Origin: a virus
Lineage: Duplodnaviria > Heunggongvirae > Uroviricota > Caudoviricetes
Reading direction: 5' to 3' (one strand)
Virus record (IMG/VR): IMGVR_UViG_2703718823_000018
DNA length: 17,832 nucleotides
Shown one piece after another: positions 1 through 7,016 of this stretch (its first letter is position 1; each line of letters begins with the position of its first letter). Made by a program: the position numbers and the translations under genes. The notes beneath the pieces are model-generated. The model was not told the DNA's origin, did not search any database, and was given only the letters and a program-made list of their open reading frames with translations.

Positions 1-318
1 GTCATATGTCTCCGGCAGCGGCAGCCCCTCGCCAAAAGACATCGAGTTGGACTGCCCGGCCAGCGCAATGACAAAGTAATATTCCGGTTCGCTGGTGGTG
101 CTGATAACAGCGCCACCATCACCCGACGGTTGCACCACCACAGGTGTGGTGACATTACCTTCTGCGACAATCGCCTGAATAAGTGCTGCGCCATCATCCG
201 TATACGAAGAAAACGGCCCGCCGTATGGTTGCCATCCTTCACGAATTTTTTGAGCAAGCGCATCCGCAAGGTCTGACGGCGATGCCGCCCTGACCACGTC
301 ATAGTGTTTAAATGCCAT
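1..318 (-). CDS. N-terminal part of a NanS-p-like prophage sialate O-acetylesterase (DUF1737-like N-terminus plus SGNH-hydrolase GQSN motif); gene continues past the window start
   Basis: ATG at 318-316 preceded by GGGAGGA. Translation MAFKHYDVVRAASPSDLADALAQKIREGWQPYGG...VIALAGQSNSMSFGEGLPLPETYD, open to position 1. The GQSN block is the typical SGNH esterase motif I. Not in the ORF track because it is truncated. Confidence 0.55.
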   Translation of the reverse strand, partial: MAFKHYDVVRAASPSDLADALAQKIREGWQPYGGPFSSYTDDGAALIQAIVAEGNVTTPVVVQPSGDGGAVISTTSEPEYYFVIALAGQSNSMSFGEGLPLPETYD

Positions 319-515
319 GAATCCTCCCGGCCGGGATAATGTTGTGAGTCAGATAAGGGGCGGGCTGAAGTCCGGAAGTTACAGGACAATGACAGAAGGA
401 AGACTACAGCCCGCAATACGAAAAAGGCCGCGCAGTTGCGCAGAGTGATTACTGTCGGGTATTATTCGCCAGCTGAAAAATTGATTACTTCACGTTTTGT
501 TGTTTATTCCTTGCT

Positions 516-544
516 GCCCGCGTCTCCCGGCGCGGGCTTTTTTT
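516..544 (+). terminator. Intrinsic terminator, plus-strand orientation
   Basis: 7-bp GC stem (gcccgcg 516-522 / cgcgggc 531-537) followed by T7 at 538-544. Confidence 0.5.
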
Positions 545-550
545 GCATGT

Positions 551-576
551 AAAAAGGCTCCTGCGATGAGGAGCCT
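551..576 (-). terminator. Intrinsic terminator, minus-strand orientation, downstream of the tRNA array
   Basis: Perfect 8-bp stem (aggctcct 555-562 / aggagcct 569-576); on the minus strand it is followed by TTTTT (complement of 551-555). Confidence 0.5.
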
Positions 577-883
577 GGATATATGCCTAATCTCTGTATA
601 CAGCATGATGCCGGGTGCCTCCCGGTGAGTTCAGTATCAGCACCTGAACCCGCACCAGATAAGGGATATAACCAACCACCTGTCGCTGATATGCCCCTCC
701 GCACAGGGGGATTCACCATGCCAGTTTCTTTTAACAAATACTCAGTCTGACAGGCAACTGTCAACTGACTGAATTGTGAGACATTTAAAATTTTCGGGGC
801 ATGACTGATACCCGGCTAACCACCTGATGCTTCCTTTTTTAGCAACAAACAGGTCCACCAAAGTGAGACAGAAAAAATAAGTG

Positions 884-960
884 TGGCGCGTTGTACTGGA
901 TTCGAACCAGTGACCGATTGCTTAGAAGGCAATTGCTCTGTCCGGCTGAGCTAACAACGC
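884..960 (-). tRNA. tRNA-Arg (anticodon UCU)
   Basis: Reverse complement gcgttgttagctcagccggacagagcaattgccttctaagcaatcggtcactggttcgaatccagtacaacgcgcca folds as a cloverleaf: 7-bp acceptor stem, TTCGAAT T-loop, anticodon loop cTTCTAa, 3' CCA. Confidence 0.85.
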
Positions 961-973
961 ATGATGCTGATAA

Positions 974-1050
974 TGGACCGCCATCGAGGACTCGAACCCC
1001 GCGCAGCCAGCTCCGAAGGCTGGCGCTCTATCCCGATGAGCTAATGGCGG
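974..1050 (-). tRNA. tRNA-Arg (anticodon UCG)
   Basis: Reverse complement ccgccattagctcatcgggatagagcgccagccttcggagctggctgcgcggggttcgagtcctcgatggcggtcca: acceptor ccgccat/atggcgg with a C1:G72 pair, anticodon loop cTTCGGa, TTCGAGT T-loop, CCA end. Confidence 0.75.
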
Positions 1051-1059
1051 TATGTGATA

Positions 1060-1135
1060 TGGTGGCCCTTGCTGGATTTGAACCAGCGACCTGGCGATTA
1101 TGAGTCGCTCGCTCTCACCACTGAGCTAAAGGGCC
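1060..1135 (-). tRNA. tRNA with CAU anticodon, most likely tRNA-Ile2 (ileX/ileZ-like); Met cannot be excluded from the anticodon alone
   Basis: Reverse complement ggccctttagctcagtggtgagagcgagcgactcataatcgccaggtcgctggttcaaatccagcaagggccacca: cloverleaf with anticodon loop cTCATAa. Closely resembles the E. coli ileX sequence as I recall it. The Ile-Arg-Arg trio downstream of Q is typical of lambdoid and Stx phages. Confidence 0.8.
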
Positions 1136-1175
1136 GGGCGCAGGATAATAACGGTACGTAACTAATCCTGCAATA

Positions 1176-2234
1176 TCATCCATTCTGACTGACTAAATCC
1201 TGTACTTCCCTGACCGTCTGCTCAAAACGTTCAGTCTCCAGCTCAACGCCAGTTGCACGACGCCCCAGCGCCATCGCAGCTTTGACTGTCGAACCCGACC
1301 CCATGAAGAAATCTGCAACCAGGTCACCCGGACGACTGCTCGCACTGATTATCTGCTGCAGCATTTCTGCCGGTTTTTCGCACGGATGTTTCCCGGGATA
1401 GTACTGCACCGGTTTATGCGTCCACACATCCGTGTACGGCACCTGCGCAGTTACGCCAAAATACCGCCGCAGATGCTTATATTCACTCTGCAGTTCCGCA
1501 TACTGCCGGTTCAGTGAAGTATACGTCTCCAGCAGCTGGTGGTGGGGCTTTTCCAGTTCACCGCGCTGATGCTTCTCTTCTGCCACCCGGGCAAACAGCG
1601 CCTGTAATTTCAGATAATCGCTTTCGTTCGGTAGCTGCCACTGACCGGCACTGAACCAGTGCGACACCATGTTTTTCTTTCCTGTGGCATCCACTATCTG
1701 TTTTGCCGTTATCCCCAGGGCAGCACGCGCATCACGAAAGTAAGCAATCAGCGGAGCCATCACATGCTGTTTCAGTGCCCTGCCCTTCGCCTCATACCCG
1801 GCATCTTTCGGGCGATACGGCCCCTGATAATGTTCCGCGAACAGAATGCGCTCTGTGGCGGGGAAATACGCCCTCAGGCTTTCCTTGTTGCACCCGTTCC
1901 AGCGTCCGGACGGCTTCGCCCAGATAATATGGTTCAGCACACTGAAGCGTTCACGCATCATGATTTCGATATCAGATGCCAGGCGATGGCCACAGAACAG
2001 GTAAAGACTTCCGGCAGGTTTCAGCACCCGCCAGAACTGCGCAAGACACTGGTCCAGCCATTTCAGGTAATCATCGTCGCCCTTCCACTGGTTATCCCAG
2101 CCCTCAGGCTTCACTTTAAAGTACGGCGGGTCCGTGACTATCAGGTCAACAGAATTTTCGGGTAACGACCGGATAAATTCCAGGCAGTCGGCGTTGATTA
2201 ACTCACAACTGGATATTTTTACAGTGTTAAACAT
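1176..2234 (-). CDS. Orphan DNA methyltransferase (N6-adenine or N4-cytosine, beta-class motif order)
   Basis: 352-aa ORF with motif IV VTDPPYF near the N-terminus and the AdoMet motif FFMGSGST near the C-terminus. No restriction endonuclease partner is visible. Confidence 0.8.
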   Translation of the reverse strand: MFNTVKISSCELINADCLEFIRSLPENSVDLIVTDPPYFKVKPEGWDNQWKGDDDYLKWLDQCLAQFWRVLKPAGSLYLFCGHRLASDIEIMMRERFSVLNHIIWAKPSGRWNGCNKESLRAYFPATERILFAEHYQGPYRPKDAGYEAKGRALKQHVMAPLIAYFRDARAALGITAKQIVDATGKKNMVSHWFSAGQWQLPNESDYLKLQALFARVAEEKHQRGELEKPHHQLLETYTSLNRQYAELQSEYKHLRRYFGVTAQVPYTDVWTHKPVQYYPGKHPCEKPAEMLQQIISASSRPGDLVADFFMGSGSTVKAAMALGRRATGVELETERFEQTVREVQDLVSQNG

Positions 2235-2370
2235 GGATCATTAAGCCTGTCTCTGATAGGCTCATTCTGCTTTTGCGCAAAGCAGTGGGCCTGAGGTTTG
2301 CTTGTGATCCGGACGCATGAGCAGATGGCTGGTGAGTGCCCCTAACACCCACCAGCCGCCCATTTACCAC

Positions 2371-2398
2371 AAATAAAAAAGCCTTCAGGACTGAAGGC
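2371..2398 (-). terminator. Intrinsic terminator, minus-strand orientation
   Basis: Stem gccttcag / ctgaaggc (2381-2398) with a 2-nt loop; on the minus strand it is followed by TTTTTTATTT (complement of 2371-2380). Overlaps the stop of the small ORF upstream. Confidence 0.5.
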
Positions 2399-2582
2399 GT
2401 CTGTAACAACCGAACTGATAGTCTGCCAGCCCCGCCATAACAAGCTGGGTCAGTATTAACTGGCAGCGTTCGCGTGAAAGGTACGTATTCTGTGCAATCT
2501 CCCCGACTGTCGCCGGTTCGGTGACGCTTAATTCATTAAACACCACTCTGGCGGTTTCGGTCATATCCTGCTGTTTCAGCAT
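2385..2582 (-). CDS. Small putative winged-helix DNA-binding protein (65 aa)
   Basis: ATG at 2582 (MLKQQDMTETARVVFNELSVTEPATVGEIAQNTYLSRERCQLILTQLVMAGLADYQFGCYRRLQS). The longer upstream extension in the ORF track overlaps a terminator hairpin and looks non-coding. The RBS is weak. Confidence 0.35.
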   Translation of the reverse strand: MLKQQDMTETARVVFNELSVTEPATVGEIAQNTYLSRERCQLILTQLVMAGLADYQFGCYRRLQS

Positions 2583-2703
2583 GTCTTTTTCCCTTTTCCG
2601 GTTAACGTGACACACCAATAACTCTTGTCGAAAAAGCCAGCAAGCTGAAAGAACGGTATTAATAACCACCAGCGAATTTATTGCGCTGCTGTATATTACG
2701 GAC

Positions 2704-2726
2704 ACAAAAAAACCACCTTCCGGTGG
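2704..2726 (-). terminator. Intrinsic terminator about 70 nt downstream of the Q-like gene; candidate tR'-like element
   Basis: On the minus strand: ccacc-GGAA-ggtgg hairpin followed by TTTTTTT (complement of 2705-2711). Confidence 0.45.
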
Positions 2727-2799
2727 CTTCCTTGTGCGAAAAAAACTTGCATTTCGCCTCGCGATACAGCCTTGCGAAGCTTATACGGATTGAAGCAGT

Positions 2800-3372
2800 T
2801 TATTGATCAGTTTGCAACATTTTTTTCTCTGTAACAAAAGCCATACGCATGGGGGCATGTAACATAAATTCAGATATCCCCAACCACTGATCAATTCGGC
2901 GTCTGCACGTAACCAACGTCCACTCAGGATGATCTGCATTTAACCTTTCGGCCATTTTCAGTTTGCTCATTCCCCGTCCTTCGTACCTTTGCCGGAGAAT
3001 ATTGATTAGTCCGGGATATTCCCCAAGCACCTCACTGATAACGCGATCAATAATCAACGCCTCTGTGTCTGTACAATGTGACAACCAGCTCTTCTGCTTC
3101 CCTCTGGTCATATCCCGAAAAAATGCCTCAAGTTCCGGTTTTTCCAGCCCGGATTTCTTCATTCTGCGTAAAACCTCATTAACTGCTGTTTTCGTCAGCT
3201 TTTTCGAAACCAGTAACCGGTTAAACATATTTCCGGATTTACCCCCACCGATATACGACCACCGCCCCCACATCCGTAATTTCCCCTGGATCCAGACTGC
3301 TTCCAGCGTGTTCAGGCGTAAATGTTCGCCGCTTTTGCCTGTAATTTCCGGATATATCATATTTACGCTCAC
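2800..3372 (-). CDS. Late-gene antiterminator Q-like protein
   Basis: 190-aa ORF immediately downstream of rusA and upstream of terminators and the tRNA array (canonical Q position). Contains RMWGRWSY, resembling the RWGAWA block of 21/DLP12-type Q proteins as I recall them. Start is either GTG at 3372 (GTGA overlap with the rusA stop) or ATG at 3360. Confidence 0.6.
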   Translation of the reverse strand: MSVNMIYPEITGKSGEHLRLNTLEAVWIQGKLRMWGRWSYIGGGKSGNMFNRLLVSKKLTKTAVNEVLRRMKKSGLEKPELEAFFRDMTRGKQKSWLSHCTDTEALIIDRVISEVLGEYPGLINILRQRYEGRGMSKLKMAERLNADHPEWTLVTCRRRIDQWLGISEFMLHAPMRMAFVTEKKMLQTDQ

Positions 3373-3734
3373 TCACTCTCAATTTTGTAAATCTTCACAC
3401 CCAGCCGACCACCAAGAACAAGCTGACCACGTACAATATTGATTTCATCAAACTGCTCATCGTCCATTAACAACCCCGCATGCGTAAGCGCATCCAGCGG
3501 TGCTTTCAGAATATTGTCCAGGTCACGGCGGCGCTTATCCGGTGGTTCTGCAATAATTTTTATTGCCAACCGTCCGGACAGGCTTAATTTCAAGCGCTGC
3601 TGGCGAACAATAAGCGCCACTGCCCGGCGATAACGCTCCCCGGCTTTTGATACAAAATATGTGCTGCCACGGCGTCGCCAGTAAGTGTTCACCGTCGGCG
3701 GGTAAGGCAAAACAAATTCTATGCGTTCGGTCAT
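3369..3734 (-). CDS. rusA: RusA-family Holliday junction resolvase
   Basis: 121 aa, MTERIEFVLPYPPTVNTYWRRRG...DKRRRDLDNILKAPLDALTHAGLLMDDEQ; the DxRRRDLDN acidic block is the RusA catalytic signature. ATG directly abuts the upstream stop (TAAATG). Confidence 0.85.
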   Translation of the reverse strand: MTERIEFVLPYPPTVNTYWRRRGSTYFVSKAGERYRRAVALIVRQQRLKLSLSGRLAIKIIAEPPDKRRRDLDNILKAPLDALTHAGLLMDDEQFDEINIVRGQLVLGGRLGVKIYKIESE

Positions 3735-4799
3735 TTATGCTTTCCACTTCAGAACACCCGAATTTCTCGCGTGCATTAAAAAACGAATCAGCAACAACAG
3801 CTGACTGCCGTGTTTCTCTTCAAAATCTTTTACTCCGGCGTGTAGTTCGTTATGGCATTTACGGCACAACGGAATAACAAACAAATCGTCAGCCTTTGTT
3901 CCCATACCTCCCAGTCCATGACCAATGATGTGATGCGGATCATCTGCCTGATTGCCACACGTCATGCATTTCTGCGTTTTTACCCAGCGCGTGTATACAG
4001 GCATCTCTTCCCGTTGTGGTTTCTGGCGCTGGAGATACTGAGCCGGAGATTCCGGATCAACGGCAATGCTGACCACCGTCTTTTCCTGTGGTGGGTTCTG
4101 TTGCTGGTGCTGGTGGACGTGAGGCGGTAGCGCAATATTTTTTGTGCGCTGCTTCAGTATGCTAGTGGCTGTCTGTTCTCCCGGTACGATGTCGCTCTCA
4201 CTGTATACGGAGCGGATTTTTTCCACCGGTAATCCCAGTGAACGACGCAATACAGACTCCGGAAGCGCATCAGCCACCTGATTGCAGACCGCCCACCAGG
4301 ATAATTCGGCCAGCGATAACTCCCTCTCCTGCGTACCGCTGATTGCGTGACGGATGACGTCAATCATCCATGCTGACAGGTTTTGATGAGCAAGTTGCCC
4401 GAGTGATTCGGATGTCTGGTCACGCAGCTGGTTGTCGCAGTGCCAGCACAACACCATCGCGCCGGTACCGTAACGATGTATGACGATTTCACTGTGATGA
4501 TAGTCACCATGAGGCCACTGGCAGGATTTGACATGACGCAACAGCCAGTCAGACAGTGCCCCAGCGCCACCAGCAGCACGAATCACCCGATCATCGCTGA
4601 AAAATGGCAGTAATGATTTATCCTCCGCCAGCGGCTGGCGAACAGCAGGGACGACTCCGGACGGCAGATTACGCATGCTTTTCGGTTCCGGCTCCACCAG
4701 TACTCGAGGGTTATGGAATACCTGCATGGATTCACGGCCTGGCTTAACGATAACCAGACCGAGTTCCGGTACCAGAACAGGTCGAAGTAATACCCGCAC
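3735..4799 (-). CDS. ydfU: DUF968-type protein with C-terminal HNH-like motif (YdfU-like)
   Basis: 354-aa ORF; C-terminus CMTCGNQADDPHHIIGHGLGGMGTKADDLFVIPLCRKCHNELH is an HNH/zinc-finger signature. Position between rem/hok and rusA/Q matches Qin. Annotated start is GTG at 4799 preceded by GGAGG; start uncertain. Confidence 0.65.
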   Translation of the reverse strand: MRVLLRPVLVPELGLVIVKPGRESMQVFHNPRVLVEPEPKSMRNLPSGVVPAVRQPLAEDKSLLPFFSDDRVIRAAGGAGALSDWLLRHVKSCQWPHGDYHHSEIVIHRYGTGAMVLCWHCDNQLRDQTSESLGQLAHQNLSAWMIDVIRHAISGTQERELSLAELSWWAVCNQVADALPESVLRRSLGLPVEKIRSVYSESDIVPGEQTATSILKQRTKNIALPPHVHQHQQQNPPQEKTVVSIAVDPESPAQYLQRQKPQREEMPVYTRWVKTQKCMTCGNQADDPHHIIGHGLGGMGTKADDLFVIPLCRKCHNELHAGVKDFEEKHGSQLLLLIRFLMHARNSGVLKWKA

Positions 4800-4800
4800 A

Positions 4801-5079
4801 TTACCTCCAGATCCGTTGCTGGAATGTGCGGGACGGACGCGCTGGCCGTTCGGAGTAAGGGAGCCTGACGGAGATTATCCAGTGACGGTAGTCGAGGCTA
4901 AGGGCTTTTTTAACCTCGCATCCGCGCCTGCGGTAACACTGAATGAGCCATTCGGCCTGTTCTTCAGTGCATGGGGGATGCTGGTACCAGTCTGACTTAA
5001 ATGCATGAGAATACCGCTCGTGCGTGTGGGCAAGAACGGTCGAATTATCATGATTGTAATATTTTGCGTTGCGTGCCAT
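4801..5079 (-). CDS. Hypothetical protein (92 aa), translationally coupled to the DUF968 gene
   Basis: ATG at 5079 with GGAGA 7 nt upstream; its stop TAA sits immediately before the DUF968 start. Family not recognised. Confidence 0.5.
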   Translation of the reverse strand: MARNAKYYNHDNSTVLAHTHERYSHAFKSDWYQHPPCTEEQAEWLIQCYRRRGCEVKKALSLDYRHWIISVRLPYSERPARPSRTFQQRIWR

Positions 5080-5145
5080 CGGTTTTCTCCGGTGGCACGG
5101 TGTTACTCAGCGGGAGTTCAGCCCCGCGCAAGATTGTAGATGAGT

Positions 5146-5397
5146 TTATTCTTCTGAAAAAGCAGAAAAGCCAGCTTTTATTCCGATCTCTTTCAATGCC
5201 TGTAATGAAGTGACAAACTCACCGTCGCGCAAGATAAATCCGTCCGTCACTCGGGCATCCACAAAATTAATTAACGCAGCCCCATTTTTTTGCAAACACA
5301 CAATGCGGTAATGACTAACAATATTTCCATTTTCAACGCACACAGCATAGAGGCCATCTTCACAAAAAATTTTACGCAGTTCTTCGATGTTCATCAT
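5146..5397 (-). CDS. rem: Small hypothetical protein (83 aa), Rem-like by size and position
   Basis: ATG at 5397 preceded by GGAAGG. 83 aa, the same length and the same position (between ydfU and hokD) as Rem of Qin; sequence identity is not verified. Confidence 0.45.
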   Translation of the reverse strand: MMNIEELRKIFCEDGLYAVCVENGNIVSHYRIVCLQKNGAALINFVDARVTDGFILRDGEFVTSLQALKEIGIKAGFSAFSEE

Positions 5398-5511
5398 CAG
5401 AATCCTTCCGGATAATTAGCTCTCCCCTTTAAGGGACCATCCCTCTTATCCCTGCGCGCTACTTAAGTATTTTTGATTCTATTCCGGCACCGTCCAGAAC
5501 TTCAAATGCGT

Positions 5512-5545
5512 TGAAAATAAAAACAAAAACCCGCCGAAGCGGGTT
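5512..5545 (-). terminator. Intrinsic terminator of the hok transcript
   Basis: On the minus strand: aacccgc-TTCG-gcgggtt hairpin followed by TTTTTGTTTTTATTTT. Confidence 0.55.
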
Positions 5546-5613
5546 AAGTGCGAGTGCGTTGAGGATGCCTGACTCATCAGAGGTGGCGAGGGATTTCTCC
5601 CCCGCCTGGTCTC

Positions 5614-5769
5614 TTACTCCTCAGGTTCGTAAGCTGTGAAGACAGTGACCTCCGTCTGGCCGGTTCGGATTCGTACCTCGCAGAGGTCTTTCCTCGTTAC
5701 CAGTGCCGTCACAATGACGGTAATACAGATGACGATCAGGGCGACTAACATCGCCTTTTGCTGCTTCAT
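5614..5769 (-). CDS. hokD: Hok/Gef-family type I toxin (HokD/RelF-like), 51 aa
   Basis: Translation MKQQKAMLVALIVICITVIVTALVTRKDLCEVRIRTGQTEVTVFTAYEPEE: transmembrane helix plus conserved RKDLCEVR and TEV..FTAYE blocks of Hok proteins. AGGAG 8 nt upstream of the ATG. Absent from the ORF track (below 60 aa). Confidence 0.9.
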   Translation of the reverse strand: MKQQKAMLVALIVICITVIVTALVTRKDLCEVRIRTGQTEVTVFTAYEPEE

Positions 5770-5825
5770 AGCCTGCTTCTCCTTGACCTTTCGGTCCGTA
5801 AGAGGCTAATCTCTATGTGTCGCAT
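5766..5825 (-). CDS. mok-like upstream ORF (19 codons) coupled to hok
   Basis: ATG at 5825 (MRHIEISLLRTERSRRSRL); its TGA overlaps the hok ATG (cTATGAag). The uORF start lies inside a hairpin (tctatg-tgtcg-cataga, 5812-5828). Analogous to mok but much shorter than plasmid R1 mok. Confidence 0.4.
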   Translation of the reverse strand: MRHIEISLLRTERSRRSRL

Positions 5826-6027
5826 AGATATGGCCTCAGATTAATGTTAAGCGTCTTGCAGGACGCGTAATGTTAACTGGGGCTTTTCTCTATCTGCCTT
5901 TTGGTGTTCATGCCTGAGACAGATAGCCTCAAGCACCCGCAGTTATTCTACTTAACTAAGATTTCCCCGCAAACCGTTTTTGTCCGGCACAGTAAATATC
6001 CAACTAAACCAATGGCGTTCGCTGTAT

Positions 6028-6207
6028 TTACCGCCAGTATTCAATGCACATGACCGCCATGAACACCCCTAAAAAAAGGGCATTTATATGTCCAAACATT
6101 AATATCAAAACATCAATTTTTTCCATATACCTTGCTGTGAAGATGATGGGCATACATGATGCGAACAACCAGAACGCAACAAACAAAAACTGCAATGCGT
6201 TTTTCAT
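6028..6207 (-). CDS. Small hydrophobic (two-helix) membrane protein, 59 aa, in an AT-rich island
   Basis: ATG at 6207 preceded by a GGGGG Shine-Dalgarno. Translation MKNALQFLFVAFWLFASCMPIIFTARYMEKIDVLILMFGHINALFLGVFMAVMCIEYWR has two hydrophobic segments. Surrounding DNA is visibly more AT-rich than the flanks. Confidence 0.35.
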   Translation of the reverse strand: MKNALQFLFVAFWLFASCMPIIFTARYMEKIDVLILMFGHINALFLGVFMAVMCIEYWR

Positions 6208-6327
6208 TATTCCCCCTACAATCAATGTGCAATAACATTTAAACACACCTCAATTTGGCCGGACATATAAATATCTAAACCAGAAAAAATCACTTACATA
6301 GCGTTACAAACTCTTTAGTCTAAATAT

Positions 6328-6843
6328 TCATCGTAAAACATCCTCCACGCTTATCAGTCCATTTCGTTTCAGGTAATCCATCGCCTTCTCCGGTAATTTG
6401 CAGTCCGGCTGAGCTTTTTTCAGTTGACTGACCAGTCGTTTAACCCACATTGTTAATTCGCTAACCTGATTGCCGGATGCTGGTGGATTGTCGGCTTTAC
6501 CCAGAATGGCAGCGCAGCAGGCCTCTCTGAGCACCCAGTCAACAGCATCCTTCCATGCTCCTGTTTCGACTGGCGGATTCTCACGCTTTACCTGTTCATA
6601 AAAGCGCACGGCTTTAACCAGTCCTTCTGATGTCACCGGGACTGGCGGGCCGATGAATAAGGCCTGAATTTCATAGTTCGGCCTGTCGTTACAATCCTCT
6701 TTTGTCGGTACATATTTCCAGTCACCAGCCCACGGCTTCCCCTGAAAGTCTGTAACGTCTTTTTTCACGTAGCGATATCGCCATGCAACTGGTTTTGCCT
6801 GCCCTGCCGTTTCATGCCCTTCCTGATAATTAATCTTGCTCAT
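6328..6843 (-). CDS. Hypothetical protein (171 aa)
   Basis: ATG at 6843 overlapping the stop of the upstream small ORF (ATGA). Codon composition looks coding; family not recognised. Confidence 0.6.
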   Translation of the reverse strand: MSKINYQEGHETAGQAKPVAWRYRYVKKDVTDFQGKPWAGDWKYVPTKEDCNDRPNYEIQALFIGPPVPVTSEGLVKAVRFYEQVKRENPPVETGAWKDAVDWVLREACCAAILGKADNPPASGNQVSELTMWVKRLVSQLKKAQPDCKLPEKAMDYLKRNGLISVEDVLR

Positions 6844-7016
6844 TCATCGCCCCACTCATCACAATATGCTTCGACCGGAGTTTTTCCTGCTTCATAATCA
6901 TCACGCCATGCTTCAGCATCAGCAGCACTGCCACCACGTAACTCTGCATAGTCCATTAACAGTTCATGCCATGCTTCAAAACTGACGTTGTATTTAGTTG
7001 AACCAAAATCAGCCAT
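6840..7016 (-). CDS. Small acidic protein (58 aa), not in the ORF track
   Basis: ATG at 7016 with AGGAAG upstream. Translation MADFGSTKYNVSFEAWHELLMDYAELRGGSAADAEAWRDDYEAGKTPVEAYCDEWGDE. Stop overlaps the next start (ATGA). Confidence 0.45.
   Translation of the reverse strand: MADFGSTKYNVSFEAWHELLMDYAELRGGSAADAEAWRDDYEAGKTPVEAYCDEWGDE

Noticed and set aside
504-764. 86-aa minus-strand ORF
   Set aside because: Spans both terminator hairpins, has no RBS, and its composition looks non-coding.
319-883. Shiga toxin or other toxin cargo between the tRNAs and nanS-p
   Set aside because: No ORF of suitable size with start signals; the interval contains only terminator hairpins.
891-1103. 70-aa plus-strand ORF
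   Set aside because: Lies entirely across the three tRNA genes on the opposite strand; no RBS; an artefact of stop-free tRNA sequence.
1659-2165. 168-aa and 74-aa plus-strand ORFs
   Set aside because: Antisense to, and fully contained in, the methyltransferase gene, which has clear catalytic motifs.
2385-2705. Full 106-aa version of the small ORF downstream of Q
   Set aside because: Its first 41 codons run through a terminator hairpin and a homopolymer-rich, non-coding-looking stretch; only the 65-aa internal start is retained, at low confidence.
3852-4801. Multiple 69-92-aa ORFs overlapping the DUF968 gene
   Set aside because: Alternative-frame or antisense ORFs inside a gene with a clear HNH-like motif.
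5770-6027. relB-relE genes upstream of hok, as in K-12
   Set aside because: No ORFs of RelE or RelB size or character on the minus strand; only a 19-codon uORF is present.
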